Shown here: piece after piece, positions 1 to 11,037 of the stretch | How positions within the stretch are numbered: the stretch's first letter is position 1 | How the letters are laid out: every line of letters starts with the position of its first letter | Assembly (NCBI RefSeq): GCF_037042905.1 | Contig: NC_087245.1 | Location: 5,520,001 to 5,584,000 of the forward strand | DNA length: 64,000 nt | Direction: 5' to 3' | DNA from: Lytechinus pictus | Lineage: Eukaryota | Made by a program: the position numbers and the translations under genes | Notes under the pieces: generated by a model | Told to the model about the DNA's origin: nothing | The model's database searches: none | What the model saw: the letters and a program-made list of their open reading frames with translations, nothing else

Positions 1-120
1 GTCTAGTATTGTCTCAAGACAGTGGCTGCAAGATTGGGATGCATGCTGCAGGCTCATTGACCATTCATGTACTGAGAAACTATTGATGCCTGCTGCATGT
101 ACATTCGCATGCAATATATA

Positions 121-1104
121 TGGGGATGTCCCATACGTAACACATTGTCACATACGTAACATTATTTCATTTGCTAATTAAAAATGGGTCTAATTGTTAT
201 TTCTTTTCTTTCTAACCAGTATCTAACTTCTTAACACAATAAATTAGAACTTCCCAGAATAGCACTGCAATAACTTTTACAAATTCAGAAATAAACTAAA
301 AAAATGTCCTCAATTTGTTACGTATGGGACAATCGCTGATAGGACGCGACCTAATTTGCATAATTAATTGCGTCGTGCATAAATTTTCATACCAAATTAA
401 AATAGATGATGAACCTCTTAGGTCCACATATTAATAAAATTTCAATTGTGTTCCTTTAAAGGTGTAGATCAGTAGTGGTTTAGGAACTCGAAATGTATTT
501 GAAATCAGGTTAATGGGTATTTATATAAAGAAAACATCATTAAAGAACTATCGTGGAATTTTGGACACCTAATTTTACTTCTGTGTGATTTTATGAATGA
601 AAAAAGGTTGATCTTGTATCCATCGAAGAGCGAAAATTCGTTCGTAAAATTCAAATATCAATACACACGGCCGTTATCGACTTTTGTACGTGGGCCACGT
701 ACAAAAGTAAATATCTGTTTTCTTTGATATTTCAGCCATTTCTGAACCGATTTTGATCAAATAAACGTGACATTTGTTTAAAATTAATGATCTTACTTCA
801 GTATTTTTAGTTATTTTCATTCCAGCTCCCAAAATAGTTAAATGGTTCCAACGCCCTCTCGCCCACTACTGATCTTCCTCTTTAAATAATAATGATTTTT
901 TATATTTGTCCCATACGTAACACAGCATTTCTAATTTATGCAAATTAAGTCACTGAAATTTGCATAAATTTGCATGATACAATTTATTCCTTCACAGAAT
1001 TTTAAATTTCAACTATCATGCTTCAAAATGACACCAAACATTTCAATGTTGAGCAAAGATGAAATTTTGTCTTCTCAGGGGACCTTATCTTGGACTTGCC
1101 CTCC
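121..1104. mobile_element. Probable non-autonomous DNA transposon remnant (unclassified, TA-flanked), interrupted by the MITE at 460-881
   Basis: Motif TGTCCCATACGTAACA occurs near 127, 146 and 907, and inverted near 317. Boundaries are approximate and the TIRs are weak. Confidence 0.35.
460..881. mobile_element. MITE with TTAA TSD and RR...YY ends (Kolobok-like)
   Basis: TTAA at 456-459 and 882-885. Left TIR AGGTGTAGATCAGTAGTGG versus reverse complement of right end AGAGGAAGATCAGTAGTGG. Confidence 0.75.
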
Positions 1105-1382
1105 TATTGATTGCTACAATTTTAACACATTTGAATGAATCCTTTAAAATTTTCATTGAACATATTTAGCTAAGTAATTAAACATTATAAATGTACAAAG
1201 TCAATATATTTAGTTAGATAAGTATGCTAATTGCCATGTAAAATCTTACAAATCCTAATTCACAGTGAAACCTTGTTATTGGTCAAAATTAACTAAATCC
1301 TGTTATGACGAGGTAATTGCGCTGGTTCACATTCATAAACCATACTTTTTAACTAGTGTCCGATTTGTTATCATTCTGACAG

Positions 1383-1551
1383 AAAAAATCAAATGGACGT
1401 ACGGCAACGGGAAGTGGAACAAGTGGTGAGATAATTGACCTGAAAAAGCAGTTGGAGAAATCAAGGAGAGAGACTGAGGATCTGCAGGTGAAGCTGACTA
1501 AGGAGAAGGCAGTTAGGGAAAAGATACAGCAACAGCTGTTGTTTTTGCAAG
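1383..1551 (+). CDS. BEN-domain gene exon (coiled coil)
   Basis: ctgacag|AAAAAATCA...TTGCAAG|gtacag; KKSNGRTATG...QQQLLFLQ. Confidence 0.7.
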
Positions 1552-4500
1552 GTACAGTATTTCCTCCCATTATTTAGTATTCAAATGCTTGGACAATACC
1601 TCATAGTCATATACCTCACATATTCGTTAAACAAACCTTTAGTTTATGGTGCCCTTTTGAGCCCATTTAAATAATTCATGTTGAATAGTTGGTAAAAAAA
1701 AAAGTTGGAATGAGGGGACTTGTTCCATATGTTAACAACTCTGTATAAGCCTTCTGAACTTTGTGAAATTCATGGAGTGGCTTCTTTTTCTGAGGTATCC
1801 CAATCTCTCAAAGAAGTTTTCTACTTTTTTTTATCTGTGTCATGATCTTATGTTTGTATTAAATCTCCAGCTCTCTTCTCCATTCTAGAGTATTCAGCTT
1901 CGGTTTGGCAAATTTTTCTTCATATAATACCTTCATAGTTTTAAATAGTTCAATTTTTAGTGGTATGAATAAATATCTATGTTATTTTGTTTTTGTTCAA
2001 GGAGTGCCTAAATTCATTGAAACCTTTAAAGGGTTCATAGTGGATATGGAGGAGATGTCGAGACTCAAGGTATGTTGTGAATCTTAAGGGGTGGTCACAC
2101 TGGACATGACTATACCCACGAATTTGCTGTATGCATGTGGTACGAACTAGTGCTCTATGTCTACTGTTCACATATTTGCCAATGCCATGAGAAAGCAGTA
2201 AGAATCCGATAACACTTCCATCAAGAATGGAGAAGAACCAGTACGATGTCTTGCGAACTCAGTATGATTGCAGTAAGAATGGTGGACAATACCTATGACA
2301 TTCTTACTGCAATTGTACCAAGTGTGTAACCCTCGTACTGGTTCTTCTTTCTTGATGGAAGAGTATCGCATATTTACTGCTGTCTCACTGCATTCTTGTG
2401 GCATTCGCAAATATGCATACAGTATGCATTGAGCATATGTAGGTATGGTCGATACATGGCGAACTACGATCGTACAGGTTAATACCGCAGGCAAATGTGT
2501 ACAGCATTTGTGGGTATAGTCATGACTGTGTGATCACTCCTTTAGGCAAAGCGATTCCAGGCCAGCGTGCATTTGTGTTTATGATGAATTACTCTGGATG
2601 GATCGTTATATTGTATAGGTCTATGAAAACTGAATCAGTGGGAATTAGTAACTATTTAGAAGTCATTTTTTAGAGGAGGAAACATGCATGCAAATCTCTT
2701 ATGCTATTTGCTATTTTCTGTTTGCTTTTGTTTCCTTTGATTGCTTGACCTACTTTGCAGTAAAATCTTGGTAAATATTTGATGGTATGAAATATGGATT
2801 TTCGTTTTCATTGGCAGGCTGATCATGAAGAGATGCACTGTCCATCAGGAGGGTCATCTACATCATCCTCGCCCGCTCGTTCCTCCACCCAGTCCTCCAC
2901 CCAATCCTCGCCATCATCAGCACGACCACAGGTAATTACTTCATGTATAAATATTTTAGTTCGACTAAGTGGCCCAGATTCAAAAAGAAAATTTGTACAT
3001 AACCATGATTAACATTGATTACTGCTCGTATACAAGATAACAATTTCTAATTATATGATGGTTCGAGCTTGCAAATCGGCAAAATATTTCAGAAACATTT
3101 ATTTGTTGCATTAAGTGTGTACTGTCAATATTGTTAACAGTATTTAGTCCTCACCAGGCCAGGTTAGTCTATAGCCCGCACCCCCCCCCCCACAAGAAAT
3201 CTCGGCCGCAGAACGCGCCGCCGCCACGAAAGTTGGCACCATAACCTGCGACATAATCTACAAGATTGTAATATTTTTTTGAAAAAATCAGTATTGTTAA
3301 TTATGCAAAATTATGCGAAATCCCTTTTGTCTATAAATCTCGAAATATAATTGACAATATGCTCAATTTGTGCATCATCATATTTTATAACTTATAACAT
3401 GTTTTCAAAATTGCGACAGCCAAATAATTCCTGGTGTATTTCTTTGTTTTTGGAATTTCTTATGTTTTTTTTTTATTTTATTTTATTTTTTATTGTTTGT
3501 TTTTTCGATGGAAAAATTATTTACCATCAGTCAACAATTTTTAGCCCAAAATCAAAAGATAGTTTTGATTGAAAAAAAAATTAATGAAGCTTTTTTCTCT
3601 TATTGGAAAAAAAAATCAGTTTCCATAGGATTTGTACACAAATCACAAAATTTAGCGATTTCCGGGCTAGCAATCGCTTACAAAAGGGTATACACATGGT
3701 CGTTGCGAAATTTGGTCTCATACGATGCGGAAGACTTCGATGAAAAAACTCCTGAAGTCGCGCGGCAATACCTGCGTGCGTTGCAGAATTATCGTGCAAA
3801 AAGTGAGGGGGTGGAATCCAACCCCCGTCCTCCCCTTCCTGCGCACAGTCAAAAGATCCATCTATTTTATCCATCAGTTTACAAATGGTATTTCATAGAT
3901 GTGAACAATGGTTTGTATAAATCTTTGTTAATTTCAACCATTGCATTAAATATGTTACAGTAAATTTACCCTCATTTATGTTGGCCATGATTAAGTCAGT
4001 AGGGTATATCAGCATATAATCACTAACCATGTTGTATTTTCTTAAGTCCCAACAGATTGCCCTTGGATCGAAGGTCTCTCTTAGTCGAAACGTCCTCGAC
4101 AGGTGCAACGCTGGTGATTTTCGCAAGTACACCTGCGATTTGATGCTGGCGGTGTTCGGCAGGCCTACCCTACTGACCTCGTCACTGACTGGTGCGAAGA
4201 ATGTGGCAGGTCGCGCAAAGCCACCTCTGGACAGTGACAAGCTTCAGGGGATAATTAGTAAGTAACAAGACTTAGCTCATTATTGATTAAACATTTGTCA
4301 AGATGTACAATTTTGGTTTTTGTGTTTAAATTTGTCAGCTTTACAAATTTGGTGGGTGCAGATAATATTATGCAATGCCATTAATGTTTCATTTTAATCA
4401 TTAACCCTCCGCTAACAAAGTGGTTGGATTTTAAAATTTTAAAATTTGTACATGTGCACATGAAACCCCTTATAACGAGGTGTTTGGGACCATCGATTTT

Positions 4501-5595
4501 ACCTTGTCATAAGCGGTATCTCGTTATAAACGGCAGATTCAATAACACATATAGAAACACATTTACAATTGGGACCAAAGGATTCTCCTCGTTATAAGCG
4601 GTACAGGGAAACCCCGTTATAACGAACTCGCTTATAACGAGGGGAATCCTTTGGTCCCGATCGTAAATCTGTGTTTTATATGTATTATTAAATCTGCCGT
4701 TTATAACGAAGTACCGCTTAATATAACGAGGTAAATTTGATGGTCCCGACCACCTTGTTAAAACAGGGTTACCTGTACTTCATTATAAGCGAGCTCGTTA
4801 TAACAGGGTTTCCCAATATCATGATCACTTCTGACAGATGTACCCGTCCATTATGTAATTTTTACTCAGATTACAAAGCTACCAGCAATTTTGATTTGAT
4901 AATATTTTCTTCATTCATTGTTCGTTTATAGTGGAAAATGTGTGCCATCATGGACATTACATATTTGGGCAAATTATGTAATGGATCCTGATGGTACACA
5001 TTTTATGAAATAGCTGAACATTTGATGAGCCAAATGTTTGTAAACTTGTAGTGTATAAACTTGTTCATAGCTTTGTATTCAAAGTACAAGTTACATCCTT
5101 TAAATTGTGCGATAGCGGAAGCAGGATTTTTTATAGTTCGCAATCGAAGATCCATCTAGTTCATATTTGTAATGTCTTTGACTCTGGAATAGCCCGTATC
5201 AGCCTACTTATTATAAAAAGATATCACTGCCCAATCTATGCAGGGCTAGTGCTTAGCTTTTTATTTACAGGTGAACATAACACATTAAATATATTTGATC
5301 ATAGACTTGTGTGTTGTAGAACCTAACAAGTTTGTGGCTAATACAGAGCTTCTTTCTTATTTCTAGTGGCCAAATAAAATTTCAAGTGGCCATTGGCACC
5401 CAAGTCGTGCTATGATTCTCATTTACCTACCTTGACTATAATCTTTTTTTTTTGTTTTTTACGTGTTCCTTTGCAGGTCATGTCAAGTCAAAGTTCCCAG
5501 GAGTGTCATCATCGGAAATCCGCATCGTTATAACCGAAAGAGAACCAAGCCAAAGAAAACCAAGCCAAAGAATTAAACCAAGAACCACAAGATGA
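1383..5595 (+). CDS. Spliced coiled-coil + BEN-domain protein (BEND5/insensitive-like architecture), 5' end not identified; exons 1383-1551, 2002-2069, 2818-2931, 4056-4257, 5477-5595
   Basis: Five exons with AG/GT boundaries and compatible phases (1,0,0,1) splice into one open frame: coiled coil IIDLKKQLEKSRRETEDLQVKLTKEK, Ser-rich linker, then the BEN-like motif KYTCDLMLAVFGRPTLLTSSLTG...KPPLDSDKLQGIISHVKSKFP. Confidence 0.75.
2002..2069 (+). CDS. BEN-domain gene exon
   Basis: ttcaag|GAGTGCCT...CTCAAG|gtatgt; (G)VPKFIETFKGFIVDMEEMSRLK; phase matches neighbours. Confidence 0.7.
2087..2541. mobile_element. Palindromic MITE with TTA TSD (PIF/Harbinger-like)
   Basis: TTA at 2084-2086 and 2542-2544. 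About 50-bp TIR AGGGGTGGTCACAC..CATGACTATACCCAC. Inverted symmetry continues inwards (GAAGAACCAGTACGA / TCGTACTGGTTCTTC). Confidence 0.8.
2818..2931 (+). CDS. BEN-domain gene exon (Ser/Pro-rich linker)
   Basis: ttggcag|GCTGAT...CCACAG|gtaatt; ADHEEMHCPSGGSSTSSSPARSSTQSSTQSSPSSARPQ. Confidence 0.7.
3145..3850. mobile_element. Diverged relative of the piggyBac-like MITE at 38472-39199
   Basis: Shares ordered blocks GACATAATCTACAA.ATTGTA, TTTGTACACAAA and AAATTTGGTCTCA, with C-runs near both ends. Termini are degenerate. Confidence 0.5.
4056..4257 (+). CDS. BEN-domain gene exon (main part of BEN domain)
   Basis: caacag|ATTGCC...ATAATTA|gtaagt; IALGSKVSLSRNVLDRCNAGDFRKYTCDLMLAVFGRPTLLTSSLTGAKNVAGRAKPPLDSDKLQGII. 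Confidence 0.8.
4457..4814. mobile_element. Tc1/pogo(Tigger)-like MITE with an inverted copy of the same family nested at 4604-4775
   Basis: Inner copy CAGGGAAACCCCGTTATAAC...GTTAAAACAGGGTTACCTG has TA on both sides (4602-03, 4776-77). Removing it restores CTCGTTATAAGCGGTACTTCATTATAAGCG of the outer copy. Confidence 0.75.
5477..5595 (+). CDS. BEN-domain gene last exon (C-terminus possibly disrupted)
   Basis: ttgcag|GTCATGTC...; (S)HVKSKFPGVSSSEIRIVIT followed by repetitive EREPSQRKPSQRIKPRTTR*. Confidence 0.6.
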
Positions 5596-5627
5596 GACCA
5601 AATGAAGCACTTTGTCAAGATGACTAA

Positions 5628-5774
5628 TTAATTAATAATGAGCTAAGTCTTGTTACTTACTAATTATCCCCTGTTCACTGTCCAGAGGAGGCAAATTTGC
5701 GCGACCTGCCACATTCTTCGCACCATTCAGTGACGAGGTCAGTAACATGGGCCTGCCGAACACTGCCAGCATCA
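5628..5774 (-). pseudogene. Inverted partial duplicate of the BEN exon 3' half plus splice donor and intron start
   Basis: Reverse complement aligns to about 4141-4290: LMLAVFGRPMLLTSSLNGAKNVAGRANLPPLDSEQGII|gtaagtaacaagacttagctcattatt. Confidence 0.85.
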
Positions 5775-7160
5775 GAGGACTTAACAAGCACATGCATATT
5801 CTGTTCCAAATATAATTTAGTATGATCATCATGATGCGACCTATCCGAGTATGCCATGTTTGGTACGTTTCTGGCACTTCTGAATCGCCCGTCGCTCCTG
5901 TGTATTTTTTTGGTTGATTGGAATATGTTTTAGACCACAGGCATTGCTATAATGCTTGCTACAGACCAACATTAAAAAAAATAATAATAATGTTTTAATA
6001 GGGGCCAGAATTATCCTTATCTGATATATTAAAGGTGCTCCTGCATCGTTTATCATACACACAGTGCCATCTTGCGCACAAACTAGCCTAGTTCAAAATG
6101 GCGATCTGTAGCGTAGCATCCCAACGCTTGATGATCTTTAACATTTCACCTGTTTCTAAAGCTATTTTGATAAAAAGCTCTTCATGGGCCATCACATCAA
6201 TTCTAGGCATGTATTGTGTTTTCCGTCCAGCTGGTACTAATATATTAAATTTTATGTTTTGGCATGTGGATATCAAATGACAGTGCGCACGCATCAATCA
6301 GTGTTCTTTGTTGGCACCCTTCTAAACAAATAAGTGTCAAGAACTTTCTTGTTGAGTAAATTTTGATCTGATAAGGAAACAATTTGAGATTTTTTTGTGC
6401 AAAAAATGGCATTTATATATGATCTACGGATAAAAGCCCAAATTCACCTTGAAGAATGGAATCAAATCAGACTAACAAGAAACTACGTCTCTTGGAAGAC
6501 ATCAAAATTTATATGGGGAACCTAAATTGCCTCAAACATGCATTAAAATTTGAGACATTTGGTATTGTTAATCTGGTCTTTAAACAAAAGCGAATGGAAT
6601 TAAAATTGCTTTTGTTATGATTTTGAATGACGGGAATATACCAAATTATTTCATGTTCCTGATTGTTCCGTACTCTATTTGCCAAAGATATTGCTGAAAT
6701 GTATTCATTGTGTGCTGAAAAATAACTTTGATAATGTGTATGCGTTTGACGCCATTTATTTAAGTGGCAAATTTCCTCTCGTCCTTTAAAAACTTTGCCT
6801 TGTGCCAAATAACAAAGTATGCTCATGTAACATTTTAAAGGCATTGTCTTCTATATGTGTACACAATATATTTACCCTACTTATTTGTTGTGTAAGGTCA
6901 CATTGATAAAGTGCTGTAACAAATATTGTTATATTATTGATAGATTATCTGTAGTAGTTATAAAAAAGTACTAAAGTAGAGATGTTAGATATCTTCATGT
7001 TTTTGTTGCAACTCAGTACAGATGTTTTTAACTACAGTTTTGAGATATTATTGATAGATTATCTGCTACAATTTCTACATATATGATTCATTTATTTATT
7101 TATGATTCATTATTTTAAATAATCATATTTTACTTCTATTTACTTACCTTGTCAAAGATT

Positions 7161-7610
7161 TTCTTTGCTCTTCATTACCTATAATATATATTTATGTTCA
7201 GTTTAATTCTCCACTCAATTCAATCTTTATTTGGAAATAAAGATTGAATTGACTGTATTATTCGTGTTAATTATATATTCAAAAAGCTGCATCACTTCGC
7301 CGTGATCCCTCGCATAGGCCTATAAAGTTGATTCTATCCTTTGGGTTTATGTCAGGTTTCTATAGCTTCTGACCATACGAGCATTGAAAGTTAAGGGGTT
7401 TATGGGACGAATTATCGACTAGGGCCGTCCATAGCTCAGTCGGTAGAGCACCGGGCTAGCAATCCGGAGGTCTCGGGTTCGAATCCCGATGGAACCCCAT
7501 TTTCTTTGCTCTTTATTACCTATAATATATATTTATGGTCAGTTTAATTCTCCGCTCAATTCAATCTTTATTTGGAAATAAAGATTGAATTGACTGTATT
7601 ATTCGTGTTA
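7161..7610 (+). mobile_element. tRNA-containing insertion with 112-bp terminal direct repeats and 13-bp TSD
   Basis: Direct repeats 7158-7269 and 7499-7610 (3 mismatches seen). TSD CTTGTCAAAGATT at 7148-7160 and 7611-7623. The empty site is visible in the next tandem unit (~7975). Confidence 0.85.
7425..7497 (+). tRNA. tRNA-Ala(AGC)-like sequence, probably pseudo-tRNA / element-borne Pol III unit
   Basis: A box TAGCTCAGTCGG; anticodon arm CCGGG-CTAGCAA-TCCGG; T arm TCGGG-TTCGAAT-CCCGA; T4 terminator at 7500. Acceptor stem pairs only 4 of 7 (CCGTCCA/TGGAACC). Confidence 0.6.
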
Positions 7611-8407
7611 CTTGTCAAAGATTGGAAGGAACTTGATTGATGTATGTTTTTGTTCCAACTTGGATACAAGTACGTGTTTTACAACTCAACAGTTCTTGAA
7701 AATTTTATAGACTTTATATGAAGCGTAATCTCAACTTGCCTTTACCATAAACATTGTGCTCGAACCTAAAACTCGTTAGTCATAGTAGTTATAAAAAAGT
7801 ACTAAAGTAGAGATGTTAGATATCTACATGTTTTTGTTGCAACTCAGTAGAGATGTTTTTAACTACAGTTTTGAGATATTATTGATAGATTATCTGCTGC
7901 AATTTCTACATATATGATGCATGTGTTTAGTTTTAATGGTTTTAAATAATCATGTTTTACTTCTATTTACTTACCTTGTCAAAGATTGGAAGATTTATGT
8001 TTTTGTTGCAACTTTGATACAAGTACGTGGACAGTGTTTTACAACTCAACAGTTCTTGGAAATTGTATAGACTTTTTATATGAAGCGTAATCTCAACTTG
8101 CCTTCACCACAAACATTGTGCGTGAACCTAAAACTCGTTAGTCATAGTTGTTATAAAAGTACTAAAGTAGAGATGTTAGATATCTTTGTTTTTGTTGCAA
8201 CTCGAGTACAGATGATTTTCACTACAGTTTTTATCATGTAAAATATTAAGCATATAACTTTAACTTGCCTTTACTTCAACCAACCATTCAGCCATTGTGT
8301 GTGCTAAAACTTCAGGAATCCCGTTACCTCAACCAACCATTTAGCCATTGTGTGTGCCAAAACTTAGTCATGTTAGTAAGAAAGTACATGATTACAGATG
8401 TTAAAAC

Positions 8408-8439
<32 letters not shown>

Positions 8440-8537
8440 CTCAAAATAAACTTTTTATAATATTAATACTTTTGTAATTTTCTTATTACTGTGATTAAGC
8501 TAAATGAAATTGTGATCGTTTTCATAAAGGTGTGCAA

Positions 8538-9187
8538 GTACCGCAGTAGCACCAGGGTAGTACCATGGTACAGGTACCACGGTACTATCGCAGTACTATC
8601 GCAGTACAGGTTTACAGGTACAGCGGTACTACTGCGGTACTACCGCAGTACAGGTACCGCGGTACTACCGCAGTACAGGTACCGCGGTACTACCGCAGTA
8701 CCTGTACTGCGGTACTACCGCAGTATAGGTACCGCGGTACTACCGCAGTACAGGTACTGCGGTACTACGGCAGTACTACTGCGGTACTACCGCAGTATAG
8801 GTACCGCGGTACTACCGCAGTACAGGTACTGCGGTACTACCGCAGTACAGGTACTGCGGTAGTACCGCGGTACCTATACTGCGGTAGTACCGCAGTATAG
8901 GTACTGCGGTAGTACCGCGGTACCTATACTGCGGTAGTACCGCAGTATAGGTACCGCGGTACTACCGCAGTACAGGTACTGCGGTACTACCGCAGTACAG
9001 GGTACCTGTACTGCGGTACTACTGCAGTACTACCGCAGTATAGGTACCGTGGTACTACCGCAGTACAGATACTGCGGTACTACCGCGGTACTACCGCAGT
9101 AGTACCGACCAATTTACCACGAGTACTACCGCAGTACTTGTACTGCGGTAGTACTGCGGTACTTGTACCGCAGTACTACCGCAGTAC
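8538..9187. repeat. GC-rich quasi-palindromic minisatellite (about 25-bp unit GTAC(C/T)GCGGTACTACCGCAGTACAG) with internal orientation switches
   Basis: Visible reiteration of GTACTACCGCAGTAC; inverted units GTACTGCGGTAGTAC near 8850-8940 and 9140-9160. Confidence 0.95.
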
Positions 9188-9200
9188 TTTTTTACAAGGG
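9188..9200. mobile_element. Putative terminus of a CACTA/EnSpm-like transposon
   Basis: The array ends in TTTTTTTACAAGGG (reverse complement CCCTTGTAAAAAAA), resembling animal EnSpm/CACTA ends with subterminal repeats. No partner end found in the window. Confidence 0.45.
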
Positions 9201-11037
9201 CAACTATCTAAATTAACGCATGATCCAACTATATTATCATTACATGTACACTAAATATGAAATAGAAGAAACAATAGGTAGAGAGTGAGAGATTGACCCT
9301 CATTTTATGCTGTTGCCACCAATGAAAGTTCTTAATTTAAATTTGGAACTTCATGAGAGTCGAACTCATCCAACATTGCACAAAATGCGGTCAGAAGACA
9401 GGCGGAATGATACATGATGAAAGATTTACAGGAGAACATTTCAAGGAAATAAGAAAGATTGACTGCACAATGTAGCCCTACATGTATGTAATATAATCAC
9501 ATCTTATTACAATCATGATGAAAATCAAACAATCATACTTACACAGCTTACTGGCTTATCCAGTAGTTCCTCTCATCCAAAACAGATCAATCGGCAGCAA
9601 TTACATGTAGGGCCTATTTTATTTTCCACAATCAAATTGAAAAAAAAATCTACATTTAGATCTAACTTAGATAAGTTTGGTGCATCAATGATTATCTTGT
9701 CAACTAAGCACGTATTATCATTGGCTTTTGTAATTACTTAGTTATCACACCATACATATCAACAGAGTAGAGGTCTACATGTGCATGTATGCTAAATTAG
9801 GCCTTTAAAGTTTCTTTGAAAAACTACAAAGAATTGATTTTAATTCCAAACCATTTCAAATTACTTGGCCTAGTCGAAGAAATTTTTGGTCTAGATACCC
9901 AACCTGTCCGGACATGCACCTAGTGGTATGATAGGGGCACTTGTCCAATACTACAAGGTTGTGATAACATCCATGTGGTCTTAAACCACTTTTAAAAAAT
10001 GCAGTGCTAAGCTAACACCACTTTTATCACAAGGTTGTGATAACCTTGTCCACAGTTAGTAACCTGTGTGGTGAACAATTTTGACCATACAGTGAATTCA
10101 TCATCATAAAAAAATGCCTTGGCACAAAACTAAATTGAATTCTTGAAATTTATAAAAAAAAATTCTAATTAAAAAGAGATTAAAAAGAGAGTCTGTGGAG
10201 ATGAAGATCTGCATCAGTCACAGAGGGCCTCACAAAAATATGCTCAAAATTAAAAGTTTTTGAGCGCTCTTGTGAATAAAAAAAAAATTTCTAAGTCTAG
10301 AATGAAAACAAATAACTGAATGGATCTGTCTTTTTGAGTGTGCATTGTACATGAATGTTGCATATACTCAAGACAGAAAGAGTGGTTGGAGAGTGCAAGA
10401 GGATGGGGTGCTTCCACTCTTCCCGCAATTCGAGAAATTTTTACTTTTTCCAGGAAAGGTTCCAGAAATGAAAAAAATTCCAGGAAATTCAGGGAAATCC
10501 AAAAATTACAAGGGGGGCCCCTTGACTCTTGAGAAGCAAAATTTAAAATTGTAATGTAGAAATGCAGAAGTGTGCCCCCCCCCCCTTTGAACGTGAAGTC
10601 CCTTTTATTTTTGCATGTCAATTTTTTCCTCAGGAAAATGTGCCTCCCCTTTTGGAAAATCCTGGATCCGCCCATGATTACAATTAAATGACAATTTACC
10701 GTAGCAACTTTAAAATATTCATGTAATATTTTACAAAGATTTAGATCTAACATTAGATCTTCCTCCGGATCCAGACATAGGCTCCGTCGTCGGAGCTCAA
10801 AATTTTCTGCGCTCGTCATTTCGTAATTTTGTTCCTATTTTTCAAGAGGACATGATGAACAAAAATGTTTTATTTCTTGATTTTGGTCACTTCTTGGACC
10901 AAATTTAGGCTCACTGTATTAATTATTATTGCCAGATTTTCATTAAAAATCAAAATGGAAAATTCCAGGAATTGTCTATGAATTTCAGAAAATTTGGGAT
11001 TCATTTTCAGGAAATTTGTTTTGGATCTGTGGAACAT

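Larger units (their letters stand above)
6951..8232. repeat. Tandem repeat, unit about 362 bp, about 2.3 copies; first copy interrupted by the 7161-7610 insertion
   Basis: TAGT(A/T)GTTATAAAA(AA)GTACTAAAGTAGAGATGTTAGATATCT recurs near 6952, 7783 and 8145 with colinear downstream sequence. Confidence 0.9.

Noticed and set aside
7365..7392. 5S rRNA-like start (GACCATAC...TGAAAG) or hammerhead core inside the tRNA element
   Set aside because: Only a short match with no downstream 5S boxes, and no complete CUGANGA/GAAA core with flanking helices seen by eye. An Infernal search would be needed.
8491..8900. ORFs of 111-123 aa with YRGTTAV repeats
   Set aside because: Translations of the minisatellite, open in several frames.
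10250..10819. 189-aa minus-strand ORF
   Set aside because: Runs through a MITE end and low-complexity sequence; no domain and no convincing splice pattern.
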